Source: Nitrosopumilus sp. (GTDB lineage: Archaea; Thermoproteota; Nitrososphaeria; Nitrososphaerales; Nitrosopumilaceae). Taken from it: a stretch of DNA of 64,000 nucleotides. The stretch lies in assembly GCA_965205215.1 (NCBI GenBank), contig OZ242041.1:1408001-1472000 (forward strand). The letters are read 5' to 3'. Under the pieces are notes generated by a model that did no database searches, was not told where the DNA came from, and saw nothing but the letters and a program-made list of their open reading frames with translations. This document shows positions 17,137 to 26,935 of the stretch, piece after piece; the first letter of the stretch is position 1; each line of letters opens with the position of its first letter. The position numbers and the translations under genes are program-made.

Positions 17137-18126
17137 TCATTCCTGCGGATGACCCGTGCTCTTGGATCGCCTGTCGATAGGACTTACCTTGTATACCGAA
17201 TAGATCCCGCCTGACTTGCGCGAGCGGTACGACCACTCGTCCCTGTCCCACTTCATCAGACTGCACATCTTCTTTGTCTCAGGATGCAGCCTGTCGTAAA
17301 CGTCGGATCCTATCAATACGTGGTTGGCGGCCGCTTTGTTCTGAATCTTGGCCGCAATGTTCATCACCGGCCCTATCAGGTCCACGTGGGACGTCTTGGC
17401 GTCCGAGCCGTACCTGACCACTATGCTCTGACCGCTGTCGATCCCGATCTTTGCCTTTAGCTCGGGATAGTCGTACTGATCCAGTACGGGGTTTATGCCG
17501 TCGCGTATGACCGATATCATGGATCTTGCGCAGTTGACTGCATTGTCGGCCGTCAACAGCTGGTTTGCCTCTGCCACAAAGTATCCTATCACTGCGTCTC
17601 CCACGAACTTTAGCACGTATCCGTTGTATTGCTTTATCACATATGCCATCTCCTGCGCAAACGAGCTCATTATTATGGCGACCTTTTCGGGGGAGATCTC
17701 CAGCGCCATCTGGGTGGATCCTACCAGGTCCACGTACATTACTACCATCTCGATGTGCTTGAGGACGTTCTTGCGGAGGTATAGGTCCGACTCGTCCTCG
17801 ATGCTGTCATACTCGTAGCCTTCCTTGAGGGACTTCCAGACGCGTATCTGCGTATTTTGTATCATGGTCTCAAAGTCAGGCGTCCTTTCTGCGGTCTTGC
17901 CCATGAGCATGTCGACTACCGACGCGGCGCCGCCGCTACCTCCACGCGCCTCTGGCGCGTCCTTGCCGGTGTGCTTTGCATCGTCCGCGGCACTGGCCGT
18001 GTCGTCGGTGCCACCGTCGCCGCTGTTGCCGCTGCTACTGAGAATGCTTGACGTGGTGAGCTCCCTTGTCGATTCTTTCTCCGCTGCCGTCGCCGCCACC
18101 GGCTCTGCATCTGACTGCTCTGTCAA
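17137..18126 (-). CDS. Class III adenylate/guanylate cyclase domain protein
   Basis: VMYVDLVGST, VLKFVGDAVI, KIGIDSG, DLIGPVMNIAAKIQ. Confidence 0.92.
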   Translation of the reverse strand: MTEQSDAEPVAATAAEKESTRELTTSSILSSSGNSGDGGTDDTASAADDAKHTGKDAPEARGGSGGAASVVDMLMGKTAERTPDFETMIQNTQIRVWKSLKEGYEYDSIEDESDLYLRKNVLKHIEMVVMYVDLVGSTQMALEISPEKVAIIMSSFAQEMAYVIKQYNGYVLKFVGDAVIGYFVAEANQLLTADNAVNCARSMISVIRDGINPVLDQYDYPELKAKIGIDSGQSIVVRYGSDAKTSHVDLIGPVMNIAAKIQNKAAANHVLIGSDVYDRLHPETKKMCSLMKWDRDEWSYRSRKSGGIYSVYKVSPIDRRSKSTGHPQE

Positions 18127-18129
18127 TTC

Positions 18130-18252
18130 TCACTCCAGCGGAAAGTCCACCATGCAGTGCATGCACTTGCCGCGCATGCCCGAATACCTGCGGTTGTAGT
18201 ACTCTGTGATTGCGCCACTGCAGTGCTCGCACTTGGTGCCGGTTTCTTCCAC
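18130..18252 (-). CDS. 40-aa zinc-ribbon microprotein (CxxC...CxxC)
   Basis: Below ORF-track cutoff; GTG start, MEETGTKCEHCSGAITEYYNRRYSGMRGKCMHCMVDFPLE*; stops 3 nt before the cyclase start. Confidence 0.75.
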   Translation of the reverse strand: MEETGTKCEHCSGAITEYYNRRYSGMRGKCMHCMVDFPLE

Positions 18253-18845
18253 AGGTATCCGTTTACATCAGTGTTATTTAGATTTATTTTGATCATTTTG
18301 TACGCGCACGTGACTGTGTGAGTGCGCATGCGGGCGGACCGACGCCGTCGAAGGTGCGCGCTTTGTGCCGTGCGCGGCCTGGCCATGGCCGCGGCACTAT
18401 CCTCGAAGCCAGATGCGAGACTGGCCCCGTTCCTAATTGTGCCAGCGCTGCCGTGGGGGAGGAGTGGGGGAGGGAGAGGGAGGAAAAAGAAGGGGGGGGG
18501 GGGGGAAGGGTGGAAGCTTGCGGCTACAAACTCACTGGAAAAATGCAAAAGTGCGCCTGACGCGATTGGCAGCTGGGCGGATAAAATAATCTGAATTTGT
18601 GATGCGTCGGCGCCGCACGCGGCGCGCGTTGCAGTACGTGCCTGTTTGCGCTACTGCATGCGCTTCTTGATCTTTCTTTGCCGGGGCGCGGTGGCGCGGG
18701 TGAAGATGGCTGGCACCTCATAATTCGGCAAACTCATCACAGAGTCAGAGCAGTGTCTTGTCGCAGTTAATCATCGGCGGCCCTTGTACTGTGGGCGCTG
18801 CTGCGTTATTATTTGTGCTTGCGCGAGGGGGGCACGCGCCCGCCG

Positions 18846-19949
18846 TCAGGTGACTATGTCCCCGAGCCTGCTGTCGTTTGCGGCGCGCCTGATCTCCATG
18901 GCGATCCTTCTCCCGATGCCGAACGTCTGGCCGTACTGGTACTTTGTATATGGGCTGGTGGTGGCCACTATGGGGTTGCCGGGGACGCGCAGCGACACGT
19001 CGTACACTACCATCTCCAGGTCCTTTGTTATCACGCTCTGAAGCGAGAACGGCCCTATCACTCCGGGGCTGTACTCCTTTTTGACCGCCTCCACGAACAT
19101 GTCGCCCATGGCGAGCACCTTTTCTAGCAGCGACTCGCGTATGCTTGCGGGCGTGTGTCCGACCTCTATGTTCTGGAGGCTTCCGGCCATCCCCATGTCG
19201 ATCTGCTGCTCGGCGGGCAGGGCGTTGTAGTCGTGTATGTCGGTCTGGAGCCTCCTCTCTATCCCTATAAAGTCGACTTGGTCTGATATCGGGGTGTGGA
19301 AGTAGTTAAAGTTCATGTACGTGCCGATCGCCAGCTCCTCTATGCTTGCCTCTGCTAGTCCAGCTTCTGATACGGTGCCGCCAGACACCTTGGCGCTGGA
19401 TTTTTCCTCATAGTCTGCGTATGATGAGACCGTAAAGAACGCGCGCTCTAGCGGCCTGTCCTTTTCCTGCACCTTTACGATACACGGTCCCGCTATGTCG
19501 GCGGGATCCTGCACGACCCTCGGGTACCTGATCCCCGCCTTTTCGAGCAGGTAGTACTGCCCCCTTGCGGCGTTCCTCTCCTCCGCTGCAAAGAGGGACC
19601 TGTTACCAAATATCGGCACCCGCAAGTCGTTCTCTATGGCACCGTATCCGAGGTATGCAGTAAGCGACCTGTGCGGTATGATTACGGTGTTTTCCTCCAG
19701 CATCTTCTGCTGGTGCTCCCCTGAGAGCATATCGCCGAATTTGTCTACCACCACGACCTCGTCGGCAATCCTCCCGAACCTCTTGTATGGCGCCTCCCTG
19801 CCCCTCTGGCAGTATACAGTGGTCTTGAACCCCTCGTCCTTTGCGCCGTCCATTATTTCCAGCGCCGAGTGGCTCCCAAGCACGCATATCCTGATGTCGC
19901 CGGCGTCGTACGAGTCTGCCACGCTGGACATTTCTGACGCGCCTATCAT
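18846..19949 (-). CDS. purP: PurP-family ATP-grasp protein, copy 2
   Basis: VLGSHSALEIMDGAKDEGF, GHTPASIRESLLE, IGPFSLQ, YDVSLRVPGNP, GRRIAMEI. Confidence 0.88.
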   Translation of the reverse strand: MIGASEMSSVADSYDAGDIRICVLGSHSALEIMDGAKDEGFKTTVYCQRGREAPYKRFGRIADEVVVVDKFGDMLSGEHQQKMLEENTVIIPHRSLTAYLGYGAIENDLRVPIFGNRSLFAAEERNAARGQYYLLEKAGIRYPRVVQDPADIAGPCIVKVQEKDRPLERAFFTVSSYADYEEKSSAKVSGGTVSEAGLAEASIEELAIGTYMNFNYFHTPISDQVDFIGIERRLQTDIHDYNALPAEQQIDMGMAGSLQNIEVGHTPASIRESLLEKVLAMGDMFVEAVKKEYSPGVIGPFSLQSVITKDLEMVVYDVSLRVPGNPIVATTSPYTKYQYGQTFGIGRRIAMEIRRAANDSRLGDIVT

Positions 19950-20261
19950 GCCATGGGTGCCGCCACGCCGTATATTATTATTATTTTAGCTGCGGGCGCA
20001 CGGGCCCGGGCCGGCGTGTTCCGCGACCCGGGCGCGCGGAGGGGCGTCTAGGCGTGCCGCGGCGATGGCGGCAGTGGCGGAGGCAACAGAAGGCGTCGCC
20101 GCTGCGGCCTACGCGGACTGCCCCCGCGCGTTCTGGGCAGTCGGGCCGCTGGTTACGGCCGGGTTCGGGCGCCAGAACGGCCGCCGGCTGCCATGCCGGG
20201 GCTCCGCGTTGCGCCATGTGGGGCGCATAACGCTTTTGAGCGCTGCTTGCGGTGGCAGTGT

Positions 20262-20504
20262 ATGCTGTATCACTTTGAGCTGCAGATGGCGGGAATCATA
20301 CTGCTTAGTGCCATGCTTGCATGCGGCGTGTTTCTGTATATACGGAGGCGCCGTGAGAGGCTCTTGCAGGAGTCAGAGGAGTCGAGATTCCTGTACGGCG
20401 ACGGCGACAATTCTGCCGCCGCCGCGGGCGATGCCCGCAGTGACGGCACGGAACCCAAAGACCGCGGCGGCGCCGACGACGACTCTGGCGACGGCAGGCC
20501 GTAA
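20262..20504 (+). CDS. Small single-pass membrane protein
   Basis: TM MAGIILLSAMLACGVFLYI followed by RRRR and an acidic tail. Confidence 0.55.
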   Translation: MLYHFELQMAGIILLSAMLACGVFLYIRRRRERLLQESEESRFLYGDGDNSAAAAGDARSDGTEPKDRGGADDDSGDGRP

Positions 20505-20625
20505 GGCCGCGTCCGCCCCGCCTGCCCTGCGGCGGCAAAGACAGCCTCTGGATCCTGCCTGCTGGACTGCCCGGCGCTTGGGACTCCAGCTCGCGACTTA
20601 ATAGCGCCCGCATCCAACCACTACC

Positions 20626-21156
20626 ATGCGCGGGCTTGTGATGGGGCGTTTTCAGCCGTTTCATCTGGGGCACCTTGCGCTGGCAAGGCAGGTCCTGTCC
20701 GAGTGCGACGGGCTGGTCGTGGCGGTTACAAGCGCCCAGTTCAACTACATGGAAAAGGATCCGTTTACCGCAGGCGAGCGGATTGAGATGGTCCACGACT
20801 CGCTTGTCGAGTCGGGCGCGGACATGTCAAGGTGCTTTGTGACCGCGATTGAGAACCAGTTTAACATCGCCACCTGGGGGGGATACCTGAGGGCTACCCT
20901 TCCGGAGTTCGGGCGCGCGTACAGCGGCAACCCGTATGTCGCAATGCTGCTGTCTGATCTGGGCATCGACGTGGTCATGCCGGACTTTGTTGACCGTCCC
21001 AGATACAATGCTAGTTCGATAAGGCACCTGATACGCTCCGGGGGCCGGTGGGAGGATCTGGTACCGGACGCGGTGCGCAGGCGCCTGGTCGACATGGACG
21101 CCAGGCGCCGGCTTGCGGCCATTTTCGACTCTGATACGAGGCCGACCGAGCATTGA
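20626..21156 (+). CDS. nadM: Nicotinamide-nucleotide adenylyltransferase
   Basis: GRFQPFHLGH, PFTAGERIEM, SGNPYV, NASSIR, WEDLVP. Confidence 0.93.
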   Translation: MRGLVMGRFQPFHLGHLALARQVLSECDGLVVAVTSAQFNYMEKDPFTAGERIEMVHDSLVESGADMSRCFVTAIENQFNIATWGGYLRATLPEFGRAYSGNPYVAMLLSDLGIDVVMPDFVDRPRYNASSIRHLIRSGGRWEDLVPDAVRRRLVDMDARRRLAAIFDSDTRPTEH

Positions 21157-21371
21157 CGGGCCCCGTACGCGCGTGCCCCGTGTGCCCGGAATGCGGCGGG
21201 AAAAAGTTTGCTAGGGTTGCGCGCGGCGACGCCCCGCGGCATCCGGCCCAGGGGGACGGCAAGCGCCCTGCAGGGCCCGGGATGATGGCCCTCAGGTGCC
21301 GCAACTGCGGCAGCGTCTCGGGATTCTGAGCGCGGTGGTTGATTAATATTAACTTCGCCAGTCCGCACCGC

Positions 21372-22370
21372 ATGGCCCAGACGTGGAAGGATGACGAGAT
21401 AAGCTTGGATCCCATCCGGGACCAGACTGTGGCCGTCATCGGGTATGGCATACAGGGCGACGCGCAGGCAAACAACATGAAGGACTCCGGGCTTGACGTG
21501 GTAGTTGGCCTCAGGGAGGGCGGCTCCAGCTGGGCAAAGGCCGAGTCCGACGGGCACGCGGTGCTTTCTGTGAGCGAGGCCGTCAAGAGGGCCGACATCG
21601 TACACGTGCTGATCCCGGACATGATGCAGGCCTCCGTGTACCGCTCGGAGATTGGGCCCAGCCTGTCTGCCGGGAACGCGCTCTCGTTTTCCCATGCCGC
21701 CGCGATATACTGGAAGTGGATAGATCCCCCCTCCGACGTCGACCTGATCATGGTGGCGCCCAAGGGACCGGGCTCCAAGGTCAGGGAGACGTACCTGGAA
21801 GGGTTCGGCACGCCGTCCATAGTTGCAGTCGAGCAGGATCATACCGGGACCGCGTGGGACCGGACGCTTGGAATGGCAAAGGCGATAGGCAGCGCAAGGG
21901 CCGGGCTGATCAAGACCACCTTCAAGGAGGAGGTGGAGACTGACTGGTTTGGGGAGCAGGCCGACCTGTGCGGCGGGGCCGCGTCGATGGTGACAAACGC
22001 GTTTGAGACACTTGTGGAGGCGGGGTACCAGCCTGAGATTGCCTACTTTGAGGTGCTCCACGAGCTGAAACTGATCGTGGACATGATACAGCGGTACGGG
22101 ATAAACGGCATGTGGAGGCGCGTAAGCGAGACTGCAAGGTACGGCGGGCTGACCCGCGGGCCGCTCGTAATGGACGACTCCACAAAGGAGCGCATGAAAA
22201 AGGTACTGGACATGATCCAGGACGGCACGTTCAACCGCGAGTGGGTGTCCGAGTACGAGAAGAGCGGCAAGGACGCGTTCGAGTCGCACATGCAAAAGTA
22301 CGACGAGCACCAGATAGAGCAGGTTGGAAAGAGGATGCGCAAGATGATGTGGCCTGATTCCACCGAGTGA
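21372..22370 (+). CDS. ilvC: Ketol-acid reductoisomerase
   Basis: VIGYGIQGDAQANNMKDSG, MVAPKGPG, ETDWFGEQADLCGG, VSETARYG. Confidence 0.96.
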   Translation: MAQTWKDDEISLDPIRDQTVAVIGYGIQGDAQANNMKDSGLDVVVGLREGGSSWAKAESDGHAVLSVSEAVKRADIVHVLIPDMMQASVYRSEIGPSLSAGNALSFSHAAAIYWKWIDPPSDVDLIMVAPKGPGSKVRETYLEGFGTPSIVAVEQDHTGTAWDRTLGMAKAIGSARAGLIKTTFKEEVETDWFGEQADLCGGAASMVTNAFETLVEAGYQPEIAYFEVLHELKLIVDMIQRYGINGMWRRVSETARYGGLTRGPLVMDDSTKERMKKVLDMIQDGTFNREWVSEYEKSGKDAFESHMQKYDEHQIEQVGKRMRKMMWPDSTE

Positions 22371-22420
22371 CGAAAAGGCGCGTACCAGTGACGCCGCGCA
22401 CAAGACATGAACAGCTCGAC

Positions 22421-22438
22421 TTTTGTGACTTTTTTTTT
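22421..22438 (+). terminator. Oligo-T terminator after ilvC
   Basis: T4 plus T9 tract ~50-70 nt downstream of the stop. Confidence 0.5.
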
Positions 22439-22521
22439 GCGCGCCCGCCTGCTGTTGTCGGACAGGTTGACGCGGCGCGCCCGCCTGCTGTTGTCGGACA
22501 GGTTGACGCGGCGCGCCCGCC
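22439..22521 (+). repeat. 36-bp tandem duplication (2.3 copies)
   Basis: GCGCGCCCGCCTGCTGTTGTCGGACAGGTTGACGCG repeated head to tail with no spacer. Confidence 0.9.
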
Positions 22522-22539
22522 GGCGACGGCAGCCGCCTG

Positions 22540-22965
22540 TCAGAGTTCCCGCAGCTTGGCGACGCCGGTGTTGATGTGGCTTATGATGGCCGGCAGCGGC
22601 GTTCCCGGACCAAACACGTGGTCCACCCCTGACTTTACGAGGTGCGCATGATCCGCCTCTGGAATCACGCCACCCCCGACAATCAGCACGTCGTTCATGC
22701 CCTTTTTCCGCATCTCCTTTACGACCCTTGGAAACAGCGTCCCGTGCGCCCCGTTGAGCAGGCTCATGGCCACTGCGTCCACGTCCTCGTCCTCTGCAAT
22801 CTGCGCAATCCTCTTCGGGGTTGCAAAGAGTCCCGAATAGATGACCTCCATCCCGGCGTCCCTAAAGGCCCTGCAGAGCACCAGGGCCCCCCGGTCGTGC
22901 CCGTCGAGGCCCAGCTTTGCCACGAGAACCTTTACGCTTCTAGTAGCGGTCTTCTGCCTGCTCAT
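22540..22965 (-). CDS. Methylmalonyl-CoA mutase small (cobalamin-binding) subunit
   Basis: AKLGLDGHDRGA (DxHxxG B12 motif), VGGGVIP, FGPGT. Confidence 0.93.
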   Translation of the reverse strand: MSRQKTATRSVKVLVAKLGLDGHDRGALVLCRAFRDAGMEVIYSGLFATPKRIAQIAEDEDVDAVAMSLLNGAHGTLFPRVVKEMRKKGMNDVLIVGGGVIPEADHAHLVKSGVDHVFGPGTPLPAIISHINTGVAKLREL

Positions 22966-23241
22966 GCGCTGTACTGCGCGCAGTGCCATTTTAAAGTCTA
23001 CGCTGCCTGACTTGGAGGAGCCGGCGCAAAAAGGCGTCCGGCGCAAAGCATGCAGGTGGCAACCGCGATAACGGCAGCGGACGCAGCAGTGGCCGCGGCC
23101 GAGCCGCGGCAATGACAACAAAAAGAGGAGGGGCGACTTGCAGGCGCGATTTATCCTGGCGCCGCACGCTGTCTGCCACCTCTTGCGCTGCCGCCCCGGC
23201 CGTTCTGAAATCTACTTAAGGCCGCCCCGGCGTCCGTCGTC

Positions 23242-26190
23242 ATGGGTTATTGCGATTTTGAGCCCCTGCATTACGATCTGGAGTTTGAACCGGATCTTGA
23301 GAACTCCGTGTTCTCCGGCAGGGCCTCGATCAGGGCGAAGTGCACCGGTGGTTCGGCCCGTACAATAGAGATGGACTGCGCGGAGATTGACGTGCGCTCA
23401 TGCCGCGTTCGCGTGGTCCGGCAGAAGGGCGCAAGGGGACGCCTGCATACGGGTGAACCGATAGAAATACCGAGATCGTCCCTGTCGACAAATGAGAAAA
23501 AAGAACGGCTTGTGATAAGACTGCCGCGCAGTGTGGTGCTGGACGGCGGCAGTGTGGGGGGAAGAGGAGGAAGAGGACGGCGCGCCGGCAGTCAGGTTAT
23601 TATCGACTTGGAGTTTGACGGGGCGCTGAATGACCGGCTGCTTGGTTTTTACCGGAGCAAATCTAGTAGTAGCAGCAGTGCCGGCGCCGGCGGCGACAAA
23701 AAGACGTCGTACATGGCCACTACGCAGTTTGAGGCGTCTGACGCGAGGCGCGCATTCCCGTGCTGGGACGTGCCCTCCGCCAAGGCCACGTTTGGGATCC
23801 GCATCACGGTACCCGGCCCGAGATACTCTGCGGTGTCAAACATGCCCGTGTCTCAGGTAAGGCGCGATCCGCTGTCTGCGAGTCGCACGTTCTGCTTTGC
23901 AGCCACCCCGGCCATGTCGACATACCTGGTCTATCTGGGAGTCGGCGAGTTTGCATACGTGCAGGACTCCGGCGGTTCTGGGAGGGGGAGGAAGAAGAAG
24001 GGGAAGGAAGGAGACACGCTCATACGCGTCATTACCACAAAGCATGTCGACAGAAGGCTTGCGCGGTTCGCCCTGAAGTGCGCAAGAACCCTGCTGGAAC
24101 TCTACGAGTCGTACTTCGGCATTGCGTATCCGCTGCCCAAGCTAGACCTGATTGCGGTGCCAGACTTTGCGGCGGGCGCCATGGAGAACTGGGGGGCCAT
24201 AACGTTCAGGGAGAACCTCCTGCTGTACGACCCGAAAAAATCATCCACGCGCACAAAGCAGCTTGTCGCCGAGGTGATCTCGCACGAGCTGGCCCACCAG
24301 TGGTTCGGGAACCTGGTCACCATGAGGTGGTGGAACGATCTGTGGCTCAACGAGAGCTTTGCGACCTTTATGGCAACAAAGCTGCTTGACCGGATGTACC
24401 CGGAGTGGGACATGTGGGGGCAGTTTCTGACCGACGCTATGAGGACGGGAATGGACCTGGACTCCATGAGATCGACCCACCCGATAGACGTGGAGGTGGC
24501 GTCGCCCTCCCAGATACGCGAGATATTTGATCCCATCTCGTACGACAAGGGGGGGTGCGTGCTGCGCATGCTTGAACAGTACGTGGGCGGGGACTCGTTT
24601 AGAAAAGGCCTGAGGCTTTACCTACGAAAATTCGAGTACGGCAACGCGGAAGGGGCCGACCTGTGGAGGTGCATCGAGGCCGAGTCGGGCAAGCCGGTGT
24701 CGAGAATGATAAGGTCGTGGCTGACGACTCCGGGGTTTCCCGTGGTGCACCTCTCGCTCAAGGACAACGGCTCAAAGCTGCACGCGCGCCAGGAGCGGTA
24801 CGTCTCATATTCCGGCAGAAAGCGCCCACTGTCGCTGTCGTCATCCGGCCCCGCGCCGGCGCCCCCATCCAGCGGTTTCTCAGGCGCGCCCGACGCGTGG
24901 CCCATCCCGCTCTCGCTACGCCATGTGCCGGGCGGGCGCCCCGCGTCGACCGTGCTGTTCTCAAGGAGATCAATTCGCGTCGACCTGGACGCGGCGGGCG
25001 CAAAACCTGGCGCAGGACGCGCGGCCGCAACGGCCGCTGCGGGCAGGCCGCCCCGCAAAGGCCGTGGCGTCCCTTGCGCGATAATTGCAAATCCCGGAAG
25101 GACGGGCTTTTACCGCGTGCGGTACGACGGCGCAATGATGCTTGACATGCTCATGCTCGCCGACTCGGGGCGCCTTGGGGCCCCCGATCTGTGGGCCCTG
25201 CAAAACGACCTCTTTGCAATGTGCGTGTCGGGGCTCGCCTCGATACGGGATTACCTGGAGCTGCTCGACGCGTACCGCAACGTGGACACCCCCGTGGTGC
25301 TTGCAGACGTGGGGCTCAACCTGTCTCGGCTGTTCCGTATGTCGTTTGACAGCCCGCTGCCGGCCGGCGAGATAAGGTGGCACGCAACCGAGTTTTACAG
25401 GCGGGTGCACGACATGGTGGGCTGGAAGGTCCGCGGCGGCGAGCCACACACGGTCTCGCTCCTGCGCGGGCCCGTCATTACGTCGCTGGGGCTCTTGGGC
25501 GACCGGGGCGTGGTTGAGAGGTGCATGGACATGTATGATGCACTGTCCGCGTCCGGAGGGGCGCACGCACGGGGCTCGATTCACCCCGACCTAGTGGATC
25601 CCGTCTGCACGGTTGCGGCGTGGAACAGCGACAGGCGTGGCGGCGGCAGCAGCAGCGGCGGCGGCGGCAGCAGCAGCAGCGGCAATGCGCCTGCCAAGAG
25701 ACGTGAGACGCCTGCGAAGATGCACCGCAGGCTTGCGGCGCTGCACAAGGCAGCCGACACCACCGAGCAGAAGATGCGCTTCCTTGGGGCCATGTGCGGG
25801 TTCAGGGACCCTGTACTGCTCGAGCGCACCCTGAAATTCGCACTGTCTGGCGAGGTGCGCTCGCAGAACTTTTTTGCGCCCGTCCTGAGGGTGTCTGAGA
25901 ACCCCTACGGATCCCATATGCTGTGGGCGTGGGTCCGGAAAAACTGGCCCCTCGTATCAAAAAAGGTGGGCCACGGGAATCCGCTGCTTGGAAGGGTGAT
26001 CTCTTCGCTTGCAAACGTGTGTGGGCGCGGGGACATACCCGACGTGCGCAGGTTCTTTGCAAAAAACCCCGTGCCGGGCACTGAGCGCACCGTCGCGCAG
26101 GCAATCGAGAGAATAAGAATTGCAGATGCCATGCGCGAGCGCATGAAAAGGGAGTTCGCCGGCCCGGGCACAGGGATGCGCGCGTTGTGA
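23242..26190 (+). CDS. M1 family aminopeptidase (PepN/tricorn-interacting factor-like)
   Basis: TQFEASDARRAFPCWD, GAMENWG, HELAHQWFGNLVT...LNE, YDKG; ERAP1-like C-terminus. Confidence 0.96.
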   Translation: MGYCDFEPLHYDLEFEPDLENSVFSGRASIRAKCTGGSARTIEMDCAEIDVRSCRVRVVRQKGARGRLHTGEPIEIPRSSLSTNEKKERLVIRLPRSVVLDGGSVGGRGGRGRRAGSQVIIDLEFDGALNDRLLGFYRSKSSSSSSAGAGGDKKTSYMATTQFEASDARRAFPCWDVPSAKATFGIRITVPGPRYSAVSNMPVSQVRRDPLSASRTFCFAATPAMSTYLVYLGVGEFAYVQDSGGSGRGRKKKGKEGDTLIRVITTKHVDRRLARFALKCARTLLELYESYFGIAYPLPKLDLIAVPDFAAGAMENWGAITFRENLLLYDPKKSSTRTKQLVAEVISHELAHQWFGNLVTMRWWNDLWLNESFATFMATKLLDRMYPEWDMWGQFLTDAMRTGMDLDSMRSTHPIDVEVASPSQIREIFDPISYDKGGCVLRMLEQYVGGDSFRKGLRLYLRKFEYGNAEGADLWRCIEAESGKPVSRMIRSWLTTPGFPVVHLSLKDNGSKLHARQERYVSYSGRKRPLSLSSSGPAPAPPSSGFSGAPDAWPIPLSLRHVPGGRPASTVLFSRRSIRVDLDAAGAKPGAGRAAATAAAGRPPRKGRGVPCAIIANPGRTGFYRVRYDGAMMLDMLMLADSGRLGAPDLWALQNDLFAMCVSGLASIRDYLELLDAYRNVDTPVVLADVGLNLSRLFRMSFDSPLPAGEIRWHATEFYRRVHDMVGWKVRGGEPHTVSLLRGPVITSLGLLGDRGVVERCMDMYDALSASGGAHARGSIHPDLVDPVCTVAAWNSDRRGGGSSSGGGGSSSSGNAPAKRRETPAKMHRRLAALHKAADTTEQKMRFLGAMCGFRDPVLLERTLKFALSGEVRSQNFFAPVLRVSENPYGSHMLWAWVRKNWPLVSKKVGHGNPLLGRVISSLANVCGRGDIPDVRRFFAKNPVPGTERTVAQAIERIRIADAMRERMKREFAGPGTGMRAL

Positions 26191-26220
26191 TGGCGGCGGC
26201 AGCAGTGGATGTGACGATTA

Positions 26221-26709
26221 ATGCGCGACTCTTCTTTTTCTACCCCCGGACGCGGCCGCAAAACCCGTATTCTTGCCGCGACGCTGGCGTCTGTGGCGGT
26301 GGCCGCGATCGCGCTCACCGTCGTATTCTCTGCGCCCGTGGCGACGGATCTGCCGCGCGGCGGCAGCAGCAGCAGTATTGACGCGCGAACCGCGCAGGAA
26401 TCCATACGCATCGACGCGATATACTATGAACAAAATAAAACCGCGGTAATTACATACGTCGACGACACCGGCGCAAAAGTCCCGGTGACGGTGGAGGTAC
26501 TTGGAATGGCCGACACGTACAGGAGGGAGTTTACCGGCCCCCAGTTTTCCACGTCCTTGCATTTCCCATCGGTGCCAAAATACGGCTGGGCGGTGAACCC
26601 GGTGGTCTCCGAGGTGCGCCATCCGGTATTTGGGGACGTTCAGATAAAGACGGAGATCCGCGGGGAGGGCCAGCCGGCGCCGCGCACCATATACGCCGAC
26701 CTGCAATGA
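26221..26709 (+). CDS. Membrane-anchored hypothetical protein
   Basis: Hydrophobic ILAATLASVAVAAIALTVVF then a globular beta-rich domain. Confidence 0.7.
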   Translation: MRDSSFSTPGRGRKTRILAATLASVAVAAIALTVVFSAPVATDLPRGGSSSSIDARTAQESIRIDAIYYEQNKTAVITYVDDTGAKVPVTVEVLGMADTYRREFTGPQFSTSLHFPSVPKYGWAVNPVVSEVRHPVFGDVQIKTEIRGEGQPAPRTIYADLQ

Positions 26710-26935
26710 CGCTCTGCTGGGGGGACTCGTCGCGCACCTCTTAACTCTGCGGAGCAAGCCTCCGCCCCGGCGTGCAGCACGCCGCATGCCGTACAACCAT
26801 CATCCGTCATCCATCATCATCCGCCCGCCTTATCCCCCGCCCCCGCCCCCAAAACGGATTGGTAAAAACAATCTAACAAAACGGATCAACATTTCTTACA
26901 CGTCGTAGGTTATACCGAACGCCGCATTGTACGAC

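Noticed and set aside
20745-22403. Long antisense ORFs (552 aa here; also 52608..54059 and 7256..8182)
   Set aside because: Shadows of well-supported genes on the opposite strand in GC-rich DNA, with no recognisable motifs
22439-22521. 36-bp repeat as a CRISPR array
   Set aside because: Units are head to tail with no spacers, only 2.3 copies, and no cas genes are present
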